A stretch of DNA of 63,909 nucleotides, the filler included, from Klebsormidium nitens (taxonomy: Eukaryota > Plantae > Klebsormidiophyceae), in the NCBI GenBank assembly GCA_000708835.1. It is 6 parts of 6 records of this genome, joined end to end, with 100 filler letters (N's around TTAATTAATTAA, not from the genome) between each part and the next. Parts side by side here need not be neighbours in the genome. Positions count along the whole stretch, not along the records: positions 11,675 to 22,082 come from DF238159.1; positions 22,183 to 28,070 come from DF238393.1; 4 more parts are not named here. One strand, 5' to 3'. Positions 13,613-26,659 of this stretch are shown piece after piece (the first letter of the stretch is position 1; each line of letters starts with the position of its first letter). The notes under the pieces are model-generated. The model was not told the origin of the DNA. It ran no database searches and saw nothing but the letters and a program-made list of their open reading frames with translations. The translations under genes were made by a program, and so were the position numbers.

Positions 13613-13764
13613 ACGATGTCAGAAAGCATGGTCATTTTGACGAGAAAACTTAAGAAGTTTTATCACATACGAGAACACTCGGAAAGTATGGTCACAAAGG
13701 AGAACACTCAGAAAGTGTGGTCACAAACGGGAACACTCAAAAGTTGGGGTCACAGTCGAGAACA
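13613..13764. repeat. Degenerate 29-bp tandem repeat, about 5 units
   Basis: Units 13671-13699 gagaacactcggaaagtatggtcacaaag, 13700-13728 gagaacactcagaaagtgtggtcacaaac and 13729-13757 gggaacactcaaaagttggggtcacagtc, with more degenerate units upstream. Confidence 0.8.
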
Positions 13765-15979
13765 GAAGCATTTCACCCACAGCTGTCGAAAGCGTGGTCG
13801 ACACAAGTCGGATCAGTTCAGAACGTCGTCTATCTGACCTGTGAGATACTTAAGTCAACGAGGCATCACCTTGTTCCGGTCCTTCCGGCCAGACTTCTGA
13901 AGAGCGGAACTCCGCTTCTGTCTGGTTGCACCCAGCGAGCTGGCGGTAGACCATCTGTGCGGCCGTCGCCCCACGTCCGCGTATTCGCTCAGTTCCGCCC
14001 GTCCGCTGGGAGCGGAGTGCCCGCACCGTAGTGGCGGTTCCCTGGTACCGCTTGAGCCATCAACACCTGAAGAGAAGGTCTAAAGCTACTGAGAGGAGCC
14101 TCGAGGGAGCAGATTATTGCAAGGATAATAATTTGGACGATATGTCTTGAGCTCTGTTCTATAACCCATGATTGTTCAAGCCCAACAGGCTGGAAGTCTG
14201 TTCCGAAAACTACTCCGTGAAGTTACGTGTGGGATAATTAACACGAACAAGGCGCCTAAAGGAAAGCACACGCTGGCTGAAACTTTGCAAATCGGGCGTA
14301 CAGAGTCCACGTTCAGAAAGGCCGAGAACGAACGTCACACTTCAATACGGGGCAGAAGAAACAACACACGTGTCCATAATCAGCCTCTGCTTTTTCGGAC
14401 AACTTGCCGCTTCTTTGGTCCGACCAAAAAACGCCAGAGATCCAAGCTTTCAGGCGCGACTTCTTGTCCAAGAGCTTCTTCCAGATCGCATTTACCATGC
14501 ACTAAGCAGTCGGAGTTCAAACGAAGCTGAAAATGGCTCGAAACACGACTTCGATGACCTTGTTAGCGCGAACAAGCCACAATCAGCCTAACCTGCTCAC
14601 TATACAACGAACTTCGAAAGCAAAGCGACAACGACATGAGATATAGGAAAATGCTTACCGGTCAGACGGCTTCGCGTCCATATCAGCACCGGCCCCATCG
14701 GCCGTCATGAGCGGCGACCCCCCTTTGGCGACTTGCATCCCGAGCCGACTTTGTGGTCGCCCACTCCGTACCAGGACTCTTGTTTCCGGCAGCAGCGGAC
14801 TACGTCTCGGTCGTCGCTCGTGCTTTCTCGTCCCTGCAAAGGCAAACAAACTGCTCTGAGTATGATCGTCAGGCCATAGCTTGACTTGAGGAGGTGACTC
14901 CCAAGTAAAGGAGCGAGCGACCGTCCTAGGTCTCAGCAACTAACGTACGATATAACAGTGTCAGAGAGTTGCCTATGATATGTTTCGGCTAACCCTTCGA
15001 CCATATGTAATCGGCTGCTGAAGACATTATTCCAGGGTTAAAATAGGTGCGAGCCAAAGAGAAAACGAATAGGCCCTAAGGGTTCGAACCTGACTTGCTT
15101 GAAAAATTTGGAGACACATGCCTTGAGTGCAAAAGAATTGACCAAATGAAATCTTGCTTCCACCTTTTTTAAAGGCTCCGCATGATCTTTTAGACAAAGC
15201 CAGACAGGATAAACTTGGTCTGCGAACAATCAGGACAGATTGCGACCTCACCTCTTCAGCACGATCGCCCGAAGTGCCACGCGTCCGCTTCCGATCCCTT
15301 CTCTTTCTTCGTGCTTGACATCTGCTTGTGTCTTCGACCCATTTATGTGTTCCCGGTTTCGCGCTGCGCCATCGATCTCGTCCCTCCTTTCCTGTGAGTG
15401 AAGAGCGTCCGTATCATTTTGAGGCCAAGTAGGTGGTTAGGAAACGGGTCGAAATCGCCTGATCGGCCGGTTGTTAAGCTAGCGCGTGTTGAAGAGACGA
15501 AGTTCACGTTGAACCACTTCAATCTGCTTAGTCCACGGGCCTGAAACAAACCAGTACCTACTCTCGCGACATTCTGTTCGAGCAGCCTCTAAGCAGCCAA
15601 ACGTAGAAAAGATCGAAAACCGAAAGCGAATGCAAAATTGCAGAAGGGCGCAATGAGCAGCCTTGTTGGATTTGCGCAATGTTCCATAACGTCGAAGATC
15701 AGCTGTGAGATCAGGAAAGAGCAGAGAAGGGCAACGAAATCAATTTGCAACCCTGCAAGAAACGCCGCTCGCTTCGAGACACAGACCTCGTAACATAGAA
15801 CCGTGAGCAAGTCGGATCTCATGACGTCTGTTCCGTCGCCAGAAAGCACGACCTTCTTACCAGAATCGCACCAGTACTCGGGGCGTCAAAGGCAGTTAAA
15901 ACTGCAAAGAATCGTCACTTCTGAATTAAACACACCTGTATTTTCTGTACTCCCATACGACCCCCGTTTCGCCGCGCCC

Positions 15980-18900
15980 CTACCGCGGCTTCTTGCTCGG
16001 GCCCTCTTTGTCAACTAGGCGCGGCAGCCTTTTCCGTCCGCCCGGGAACCCGCTCTCACTTTTGCACTCGTCACTCCTCACCCCTGACAGCTCTGCTTCC
16101 TGTTCAGGCGCAGCTTCGGATTCGGCAGCCCCAACCGCCCCTGCGCCTCCCGGCGCTCCGTCTGCCACTAAACCCGCACTCTGCAAACCGCTCCTGGCGT
16201 CCGTTAATCTCTCCAGTTGTTCTGCGAATCTCCCCGCGCTTGGCAGTCTACCCGCGGTCGGCAGAGCGTTCTCGGCTTCATCCATCGCCCCCGGCTCTCC
16301 TGGACCCCCCGATCCGTCAACCCAAAAACTTCGACCCAACCCGGAATCTCCCGACTCGCTTCGAGCCTCCCCAAATACCGGCTCCTCTTCTGACCCTCCC
16401 GCTCTACTTACCGCTCCATACGCAACTGGATCAACCCGGTTCGTTTCCAGCAAGCTCTCTGCGCTCCCCAACCCTCCATTGTCCCCCCCGCCCGAATCCA
16501 GGGCCGCCAACGCCTCAGCCGCGCAACTCCGAACGTTGCCCGTGGCCCTGCCGTCCAAAATGGCAATAAGAGCCGCTCGTACGTCCGGTTTCCCCTTCAG
16601 GACCATCCGCACCCCAGGATGGGCGGCCAAGTTTCGCAGCAGCAGAACGGCAACTGATGTCTCAACCCCCCCTTCTTCCGCTAAACGCACCACGGCCCCC
16701 AGACACCCCGGCAGGCTCACCATCTTCGCTGCATTCTCCGCTTCCTTCGCGAGAGCCGCCAAAACACCCCCCGCGTACGCCCGAGTAGCCGCAGCCCCTC
16801 TGCCTAATAGTGCCACCAGGTTTTCAATAGCACGAGGCTGCTCATTGGCCGCTCTCACGACCGCTTGCTCAACTCCGCTGTCTTTTGCCAGCCAGGCCAA
16901 CGCACCCACTGCATTTGAGCAGACCACTGGATTCACCGACTCCAGCATTCGGAACAATGTGCCAAGGCACCCCGGCACACGCGCCATCACTGCCCTGCCC
17001 TCCGCACTCAACGCCAGCTTGCATAGACTTGGCCCCGCGGCCGCTTGTGCCGCTGCGCTCCCATTGTTCAAAGCGTCCGATAAACCTTCCACAACGCCCG
17101 GCACCTTGGCAACGAGTCTTCTGACCTCCGGACCACTCGGCCCCGTCAGGCGCAACAGGACCCTTCCGGCGAGCTCCGAAAGCCTTGGCTCACTCTTACC
17201 GATGCAAGCGACCAGCTTCTCTATGCACCCCGGCACGTCCACCATTCTTCTCGCGCCTTCTGGGTTCACAGCCACGTGGTGCAGGACATCTGCTGCATTC
17301 TGCTGCAGCCAGAACGGCCGGCCCTCCAGAAAACCCACCATTTTCTGTAGGAGCTGCCCCCTGGGATCAGTGAAAAGTCTCCAGAATTCAGGCCCCTTCA
17401 TCAGGTGCGAGAGCATCATTCCTACCAACTGCACCGCACCTCCTGTCCCCTCTTCCAAGTAACTCACCAAATTGTGGAGCACTCCAGGAAGGTCAGCGAT
17501 AGCTCCTTCCTCCCCTAACGCAGTCAGCAGTGCTGCGGCCGGGGCTTGCAGACCGATGTTCGAACTCCCCTCCAAAAGTGCAACCACCTTTTCGACACAC
17601 CCCGGGGACTCCTTGATTGCGCGGCACGGCTCCTTCTCCAGCGCCAAGAGATTGAGGACCAGAAGAACCTCCCCCTTAGCGCAATCGCTTCCGTCTAGCC
17701 CCTTGAGAAGTCTCTCGAAAACCCCAGGAACTTTCGCCACCGCTTTCCGGGCTTCAACGTCCATTGCCAGAAACCTCAAAGTAGCCGCCCCCGCTTCTTG
17801 GAGGTCGGGCCTACATTCCAGGAGACCAACGAGCCCCTCAAGACAGCCAGGCATGCCCGCGACGATTCGCTTCTTCTCCGCCTCTTGGCGCACGCTCTTC
17901 AGAAGCTCCATCAAATGCTGTAACGGGCTCATCCCGCCCTCTGGCGTGGTCCCCTCCATAAAAGTCATGGAAGAGAGTAACCTGGGCAACACGATTGCCT
18001 CCCTGGTTACCTGGAACCCCTTCAATGCCACGGGGCTCTTTGTCGAGCAACGTGCCAGCACATCGGCTGCCGCGCACCTTGATTCTTCTTTAGGCGAACT
18101 CGCAAGCGCGACGAGGTAACCAACAAACTCCGGCAATTGAGCGAGTGCCTCATCCATCCCCTCAACAAGTCGCACCACTTGGGCTAGCGTCTCCACTGCA
18201 CCATTTTGCAACCACACACTGTTGCTGCCCAGAAACCCCACGAGCGTCTGTATGCTCCCGTCAATCTGACACAGCGCCTTGCACGTCTCCGCATTACCCG
18301 TCAGGATTGTCAGAGTCTGCAAGACGCTTTCCACTCGCGCTTGAGCTTGCGCCTCGCCTAAGGCGGCCCTGTTCAACACTGCAACTAACGCCTCCAACAA
18401 ACCGGGACAGCTGCCATTGCCTCCCTATGCAACCGCACAAGGCTCCCAACCACATTTACCGCCTTCAGACTGACGAGCTCGTCTCCGCTCCCCATTATGT
18501 CCAACTGCTGCCGCAAAAACGGCTCAACTCTGCTCATGGCAGCCCCCCACTCTCCGTCCCGCTTCAGCTGCAACAAAATGCTCGCAACTGCCGTCTGCAC
18601 GTCAACGGGGTTTCGCATGGTCAGAAGGTTGGCAACCTTCTGGAGGAGAGTCGTCGATCTGGCAAGTCTCTCCCTGACCCCTGCTCCCCTGCTCAAATGA
18701 AGCAGAAGCTCGGCGGCTCGCTCTGCCAACTCCTTATCGCCCAGAGCGCCGACTAGAAGCCCAAGCAACTCTGGCATGCACCCGACAACCTCCCCAACCT
18801 CGTCGTCCTCTGTCAAGCACGCGAGCAGCTCTGTCGCTTGTGGTGCCATCAGATCATCGGCATACTCTTTCAGGAAGGCCCCCAGCTGCGGCAGGCATCC

Positions 18901-19902
18901 TGGTACACTGGCCATGAGTCTCCTGTTCTTGGGGCACGTTGCAAGGCTTCTGAGCGCTTCGAATGCAGAGAATCTTCTGTCACCCCAACCCTCCCGGTCA
19001 CAGAAGATCCCCAGTAACGTCTCAACAAAGCCCGGCAGCTTTCCGAGCACCTCTCGACACGCTGCGTCTGAGGACAGCTCACTCAGCATATGCACAGCCC
19101 AGTCTTTCTGCTCGCTTTCCTCTGAGAAGCTGCCACTGCGCAGGAAGCCTAGAAGCATCGGTAGACCCCCTGGGACGGTCGCCAATGCAGGGTTCCTAAC
19201 ATCCAACCCCAATTGAGCCTTTCCCCACATGTAAAACTTCTTGAGGGGGTTAGAGCCGTAGTTGTGGTTCTGACCATCTGAAAGCTCCAGGCTCTCTAAC
19301 AAAGGGAAGCTTTGGAGGAAAGTACCGGATTCGCCCACGAAGAAGAAGCCAAACAGAGTGAGGGATCGCAGGGCAGGAAAGGGTTTGAGGCAGAGCTGGT
19401 CTGCATGCAGGACACTATTGTCCTCTGTAACAACACTTGAGGCAACCCAAATTGCAAGATGAAGGACCTCCAGGTTCTTGCACTCCTGGAAGAGGGACAG
19501 AGCGCTGTGCCAGTCTACCTGGGTTTCCTCATCTTTGTCATCTAGGAAAAGGTAGATCTCCTTTAGCGTTTCTCGCGCTGGGGGAACAACGGCCTGGAGG
19601 ATCCCCTGCAACGTGCTTGGGTGCGCGACATTGAGAGCCAGCCGCTTCAACTGGAGCCCCTCTTGCCTTGCATCCGCAAAATGCAGAAACTTCTGCTCAT
19701 CATCAACGTTGCCAATCTCCCACTCAAGGATTTCGAGAGCAGGGATTGCTTCCCAGAATTGCTTGCAAAGCAACCCCAGATGCAACTTCCTCCTTGCTTT
19801 TGTAACGCCAAGTTCAAAGGGGCTCCACAGGACGCGCCCCATGATGTTTTTGACAAGATCTTCGGGCAGCCGCTCAAACGGGTTGACGGTAGCGGGCTCC
19901 AT
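15980..19902 (-). CDS. Intronless F-box / LRR-like / armadillo-repeat protein (~1300 aa if one frameshift near 18400 is corrected)
   Basis: N-terminal F-box-like motif PFERLPEDLVKNIMGRV, LRR-like segments (LEVLHLAI, FPALRSLTL, FPLLESLEL), then many ARM repeats (..MASVPGCLPQLGAFL.., ..VAKVPGVVEGLSDAL..). Adding one G (CCGGTT to CCGGGTT) joins the two ORFs as AMAAVPGLLEALVAVL. Confidence 0.85.
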
Positions 19903-21298
19903 GCTGCAATCCCCTATCCACTTTTCTGCCCAACTTCGATCCAGCTGAGCGCAATGCGAGATTATAATGCAGCTCAAGACAGAGGAGCCGTCAAGTTGTC
20001 AACAACTCCGAGTCCTGGTGCTGCAATCGGGCAAGAGGCACAAAGTTGCTGAATAAATTTTGGTGGTTTCGGACGCGGTACTCGACGGTTTGGACGTGGT
20101 TGGAGACTCAAACCTGGTCGGGTAGCCTCAAAGCCCACTAAAAACCTAAGACCAATGCAACCCTAACAAACCGTCACAGGGAAGGGGCGTAACCCTAAAA
20201 CACAGTCAGTGCTTTGTGACTTGACCCTAAGGCTAGTACGAGGGCCCGGTTGAAGTCGTGGTACTAGGTCCGGTCCTCGTACAAATTCCTGGCGGTGGGT
20301 ACCGTTCCGGTCGATCGACGGTCTCGATCGACTCTACAAAAGTTTATTCGGGAACTTTTGTCCGTTTTGCGGCAGTGGCACTAGGTGTCAAATGCGCAGC
20401 CTTGGGCTGCTGTTGATCAGTGTACTAGTAGATATCCTACTACAGCTTCTTCCGAGCATCCGGCTAGTTTTGGTGAAAATATTAGTGTAACTTAGTCAGT
20501 CTGTTGCTGAGTAAAATTAGTCTAATCTAGATGACACTAAAACTGGCAGGTTGGTGGGGAGAAGCTGTAGATACTACCGGTACCTACATAGGTACGTACG
20601 GTGCACCTGGGATCGGGCGATCCCTCGAGAAACTTGAAAAGGTTGCTTACGCGCGTTGCTCGCGTTAGCCATCAAACGGTTCTAATACCATGCTGAGATG
20701 CTGAGGCTGGAATGCGCCATAGCTGCGTTTTGTGAATCTCGAGTTTGTATCAGACTATTTGGTGGGCAGCACACTGCAGCAACCGTGATTTGATTACTTT
20801 GGTCACTTTGGAGATAGAGTGATGTATTCTTCCTACCCGTACTGGCCAACCCTATTCGCACAACCCCCTTACGAATAATTATTTTTTCGACTTTTTGATT
20901 TCGCACCGGGCATTTGACAGTTTCCAGGTTTTCGCAGCGGGGGTGTTATATGTGCTAAAAAGGCCATTCCCCAGCCAATCTGGCGGAGAATCTGTTTCAC
21001 CGAATTACTTGCTAGTTTCGCGAGTTCGCCCCAGGCCTTCGAGAATATCCGAATTTTCCCGCACAGGGCTGAATATAAATATTTTTCGTGCGAATGGGGT
21101 TGGCCAGTACGGTAGCTCACTGACATAGTTCCACAATTGTGTGCCACGAGCCCGGGGTGGCAACTCCCAGTTTTAAAACATGGTATCTGCGGATTAAAAC
21201 AAGGGGTTTGGCCGTTTTGAAACTTTAAAACTGCTTTTTAAAACGTTTTAAAACAGTTTTAAAACGGCATGAAAAGTCCAATTCTCGGCCCAGGACCA

Positions 21299-21410
21299 GG
21301 CATATTGGCATATGGTCTACGGGCTTTTTTGGGCCGTGGCATACGGCATATCGGGAATTTTGGGGCTTGGCATATGGCATATTGCTCAAACAATATGCCA
21401 ATATGCCAAA
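21299..21410. repeat. GGCATAT-motif cluster forming an inverted repeat
   Basis: GGCATATTGGCATAT near 21299 and its reverse complement ATATGCCAATATGCC near 21393-21407, with further GGCATA(T/C) copies between them. Confidence 0.7.
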
Positions 21411-22559
21411 AAGCATAGCAAATATCGGAAAGAGTTATCAACATTCTCGGCTTTAGAAGGATTGTCAGTATCCCCTGATTTCTGAAATTCTGCTCGGTTA
21501 ACAAGCTCGTATGGGGCTCGAGCAGATCAAGTTCTCGCAGAATTTTGATAAAGTCCAATCTAAACCTTGCAGATTGCTATGCCAGTTTATAGCCTGGCAG
21601 ACTCGCAAAATATGAGACCCGGCGCCCTGGTAGGCCCCTCGAGACGTGACTTTGCACTTTTCGATCGGCCGGTCACGCCGGGCGGGCCGCGGCCTGCCAG
21701 GCTGTGCCCGGCTATGTAAACCTTGAGCAGCCCATACGATAACCGCGGCGGAAATTTGAAACGTGTGTGCTGCCCAAGAGTCACCCCCTCGCGGACAGTG
21801 CCACTTCGTCATCCCCTGCTGTACGCGAGCCCGCGCGCGCGCGGAAGGAGTTTCGCGCGGCGGCCGGCGACCGAGAAGATATTTGGGTGGCGTTCAGCCG
21901 TCGACGGCGACGATGAAGACCACCAGTAGTTAGAGTCGTAGATTTGGTGCTAGTCCCGGTTCTGCGGGATAGCGTTTGGTTGGTAGATTAGAGGTGGCGT
22001 TCCGAAGTCTTCGAAGTCGGATGGACCTCGATTGCGTAGGAGATTGCGTATTCGTGTGAGTAGAAGTGTAAGTGTGAGTGTGNNNNNNNNNNNNNNNNNN
22101 NNNNNNNNNNNNNNNNNNNNNNNNNNTTAATTAATTAANNNNNNNNNNNNNNNNNNNNNNNNNNNNNNNNNNNNNNNNNNNNATTCTGCCTTGTTCAAGT
22201 TTGAGCGCCCTCGTTTGCACCCGTAAGATGCGCTTGTCAAGAGTTGATCATCGCCCAAAACGTCATGAGTGCTTCGCTGCGGGGATATGTATGTTCTTCA
22301 AAGCTACAAGTATAGGCCGTGATAAGCACAGGTCTTGGCCGGATCTAAAGCATTAGCGCCAAACGCTGTCGCATCTCGATGCCAGGTAGCAAACAGCAGA
22401 TGCCGGAGGGGACTGGAGAAGGTAGGTGAACACAGTTGCACTACTGCTCGTCACAGCTGAAGAGTTCTCGGAATTTTGTGGGTCGTTCGATAGCGCAAGC
22501 TTCTGGCGTCGAAAGCAACATCTTGACCACGGGTTTAAGGGGGCCGTCAAGATTGGTAA

Positions 22560-23930
22560 CCCTCGCGGCGTCCCGCTGCGTCGATGGCTATGAGTGTACG
22601 CGGCGTGGTGGCTTAATGGCCATCAAAAGCTTCGCAGGATGCCTCGATGCAGATTTGACAGGACTTAGGCTAAAAATTCAAAAGCTTGCGCTTTTCCGTA
22701 GCCGACGTGACGCAGGCAACTTCCAGCAGAGCTCGCGTTGCTTGAAGTCGCACGCAGCGCGCAGCTGAGTCGCTCGCGGCTGCGCGCCGCCTTTCGCTCA
22801 GCGCTGCACGCGGCCCGACGGCAGAGGCGGCTGGCGTGGCCGCGCCGCGGGACTAGCAATAACCCTTTAGGCAGATTCGAGCAAAGGCGTGAAAATTATC
22901 AAGGTGTCATTCATGCAGGGGCTATACGATAATGCAGTAGACTAGCACTGAACACCTTATGCACGCGAAACTCGCTCTCAAACGTGCTTCGGTCGTTTGA
23001 AGCCGGGGACTCCCGTTCTGCTCACTGGTGTCACCAATGATGGCAAGGAAGACGTCGCGGGTCTTTGGCTGCTGTACTGCAGTCAGGATGGTTCATGTCG
23101 ACCGTAAACTGAAGCCGAGCTAGGACTCGGCTGGGCTTACCACTTGGGACCCAACTCGCGACCGGCCGACCATATCACTACTGAATGTAATCGATCAAGT
23201 GAATTATTGTCCCTCGTTACAGGATAAAGTTTCCGCTTGGCTGCAACAGATTAGGCAGTCAGAAGATTCCGGATATTTGTCTCGCGGACGAGCCAGCAGC
23301 TGTGGTCATTCCGATTCTTTCATAGGCTGTCGGAGGCAGAGCAAGTCTGCATTGACCTGCTACATGCTCCATATGACTGATCAGGGTGCACGTCGTGTAA
23401 CGTTGGGGTCTCCCGAAACTTGCTTTCAAGACCAATATTCTTTCCATTTCCAAAATTGTGACACTTTGAGTTGAGGAGAGATGTGGGCAATGTTGGCGAT
23501 GATTTCGGGATCTGGCTGACGAAGCCATTTCTCTTTTCCTAAAGAGCAAGACGCCAAGCACCCGCCAGGGAAGGTGAAAACGGCAGAGCGCTTCGCTCAA
23601 AGTTCGGCGTCGTCTTGGCAGGCCCCATTTGGCAATCTGCCCACTGGTCGTTCATTGGATCAATTGCAGTAGGTTCTGGCCCGCCTCGCTCGCCTCATGT
23701 GTCGTGGTAATCAATGGTCGCTTCGGTCGAGACTTTTCAGGTTGACTAAATACTTGCAGCTTCTGGAAGGTACTCTCGGAACGGTTAACGGCTAAAATTG
23801 ATCTCAGAGCACAGTGATAGATTTGGGGATGCTAAGCGAGCGACTCTATGAGATTATTTTATGATGTCCTGACTAACAAGCTCTTTCCTCGGCAAAGACG
23901 ACCTCGATGCATGGCTGCAACGTTGCCACC
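22560..23930 (-). pseudogene. Decayed spliced gene, copy 1 of a tandem diverged duplication
   Basis: Colinear with 26660-28060. Exon-like blocks (ATLQPCIEVVFAE, STEATIDYH, MGPAKTTPNFERSAL, QPKTRDVFLAIIGDT), a shared AAGTG|gtaagc donor, and stops or frameshifts. Confidence 0.5.
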
Positions 23931-26659
23931 GTGTCCTGTGGAATTGACTGAGCCAGGGAAGGACCGCCTCTGACGCAACTAGGCATGTTGTCAGTCAGCA
24001 ATTGCTTTGGCTTCCATTCGTTGGGCTTCGTTTTCCACCTCCTTCTGATTGATCACAGCCGGACGCAGCTAAACTTAGGCGCTGTCGGCATGGTTTAGAA
24101 ACCGCATCTCGCGTCCCGCAGGACTGTGAGCCGTTTCGTGCTTTAAGGAAAGTTCACAAATCTGGTTGTGGCACCAGTGCTCCTAAGCTTTGAGAATGCA
24201 TTGGCCGGCGGACCCACAGGCCTACGCGACTGCTTTTCTACCGTTTTTGAGTCGGCCCCTTACTGTCTACAGTACGTTCTCCTTGAGTCTGGCTTCTTTT
24301 GCGGTCCGTCTAGACCCATGCAAACCGCGCATATACGCTCGCAGAGGCATTCGAACTTAAGGGGCGAAACTCGCGTCGGAACAAGAAGTGTATTATATTA
24401 AGCTTCCAGGAAAGGACTGCTGCCAACATGGTTTGGCTCCCTTTACGGGACCCATGTCGGCCTTGGCTAGGAGAACAACCGCGTACTGAGCGAGCCCAAG
24501 GGGTAGGTCGAAGCCAAAAGGTGAGATGCACTTTCTGCTCAGTCTGGTGAGGCTGGCTACAACCATTTGTCACCTTGAAATTCGTCTCGACATGTTCAGG
24601 CTTCCGCAACAGGTGTGCCCAAGTCTTTTTATATTGCCCGCTGCACAGAATGTATTGCTTTAATCTGGCAGGCTGGAAACATTGCAAGCGCCCGTTTTCT
24701 CGGTTAGTTGGCTTCGGCGCTGCGCAGCCTGAGTATCCCGATGATTCAGTCTGCCTGAGTACTTTCACAAAGAACGGCCACGTGGGGCGGTTAAAATCTG
24801 TCGGTCCAATCTCCTTCATTCGACTTTCCTGTCCCTTGCAATCATGATTTTGACGGCCGTGAAACACTAGTGATGAGGAGGATACTTGTAAAGACTGAGA
24901 ATAGATTTCTCAATGCTGGTTGCTCTTGGCTTTACTGACGGCAGTGACGTACAGGCAGCCGTACCTGGCAATGGCGACACTTGCCAGATGATTACAACCA
25001 GATTCGACACCGAACTGGCAAGGAGGTTACACCAAGGAACAAGCCAAGAGCTCCGACAGTTATAACAGCGCCAACCGGAATCTGCTGTGCCTACAACGGC
25101 CAAACGCCCCTGATCTTAGACTGCAATCACGTCGAATCAAGACGTGCGTTGGAAGCAAAGGAAAAGTAGTCAACAGTTTTTTACGTTTATCTTCGATTTG
25201 AGTCCAGCTCGTGTCCTTCTTCGGCTGCCATAACGAAGCGTGCTGCCGTTGTTCTCCTTTGCTAAGCATAAGTGCCAGCTTCTTCGTGACGTAAGTGAGG
25301 GGTCTCACAACAGCTCTGGTTGGCAATGATGACAAGCGTATCACTTGTAAAACCTTGCAAGTGGCGATGTCGCAGCGACGCCAACTCTTCCATGCAAGTT
25401 GAGGCACGCATGGGCACTCACAAGTACTGCCGTTGGACAGAAAGTTGTTGTGCTACACATGTTACCGGCTACCAGTACTGCATCCAATAACGGTCGATCT
25501 GCCTTCTCTGTTGACGACCCCAAAGTCGAGGCGCATGATGATTTACGACGGGCATAGGGGCCTACAACCACTAAGGTGGTGTTCCACAGTAACTATCTAG
25601 AGTCACAGTGAGGTCGGGTTCTTTTCTGAGTTCAAGTCGTGTGGCCTTGATGGAAGAAAATTGTTCTTTCTGAAACAGGGACGCCACCAAGCATCGGTAT
25701 CGATCGTCAACCTCAAGAGGAGCCGGGTCATAGAATTAGCAGTCGTCATGGTCCATTTTGGGACTGCTGGGACTTGCAGCTTGTTGCGACTGCACTCCAG
25801 CGAGATGGGGTTTTGGAAGCTTTTCTCGAGATGGGCTTCGCTTTGACCCTTTTCTTGAGTTGGTGTTGAGACGCTTTTGTCCAGGCAGATCCAAGAGTGT
25901 TACAGGTGCACCCGCGTAAGCTGCACGTCAGAAGATTTATCTTCGAAGGATACCCACTTGAGCTTACCCGCTTGAGTTCGGTGTTGGGTGACAAAGGGCC
26001 GGGTTTGAAAGCGATCGTAGCTGTTTGGGAGTGCCTGAGAAGCGGCTCCTGCTAATTTCGGGACCTGGCGTCTCTAGATTTAAGATACGTGCGTTGGATC
26101 TCCATTCTGTCGGTCTCAAAAAACCGTTACTTTTAGCTCTAGCCTTAAGAATCACGGTAGGCAGGTAAGTGGCAGTTTAAGGTATCCGTCCTATCACGCT
26201 GTTCGATGCGGGTTGATCACTGGGATTGTCACGCGATCGAAGTTGGCTTTTTCGGGTGGACTGAGTGGCCGTATGTTGAACTGCACTTCAGAAGACTTTC
26301 TCGGAATGCGCTTGCTGAGCAAACCCTGTCGTTCTGACGTCCGACATCAAAGGTACGTCAGCCCCAGCTATGCTGCTGGCTTTATCTTACGCGAGGTTGC
26401 AAAGATGAGTCCGTCTCGAAGAAAAACGTGGGCGAGTTACAAATCAATCAGCTTATTTTCAAACTGAGTTTTGGTCCAAGATACGGGCTGCCAAGCTTTT
26501 AGCTTATCGACGTGAGTGGTTTGCTTAGATTGAAGTCTGCAGGCTTTTTTCTTGACCTCGGCGCGGGACAATCATTTCTTGCATATTGATTCCTCTAATT
26601 CATCGAACCCAGTCAAGACCTAGTCCGCAGCGGAATGCATACGCCTTACCAACAACCGA

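Noticed and set aside
13613-13764. CRISPR-like appearance of the 29-bp repeats
   Set aside because: Units are contiguous without unique spacers, there are no cas genes, and the context is eukaryotic.
15075-15095. GGTTCGAACC B-box/T-loop-like motif
   Set aside because: No A-box or cloverleaf on either strand, so not called a tRNA or SINE.
15993-18119. Long plus-strand ORFs (489 aa and 215 aa)
   Set aside because: Antisense shadows of the GC-rich ARM-repeat coding sequence; S/A/P-rich with no motifs.
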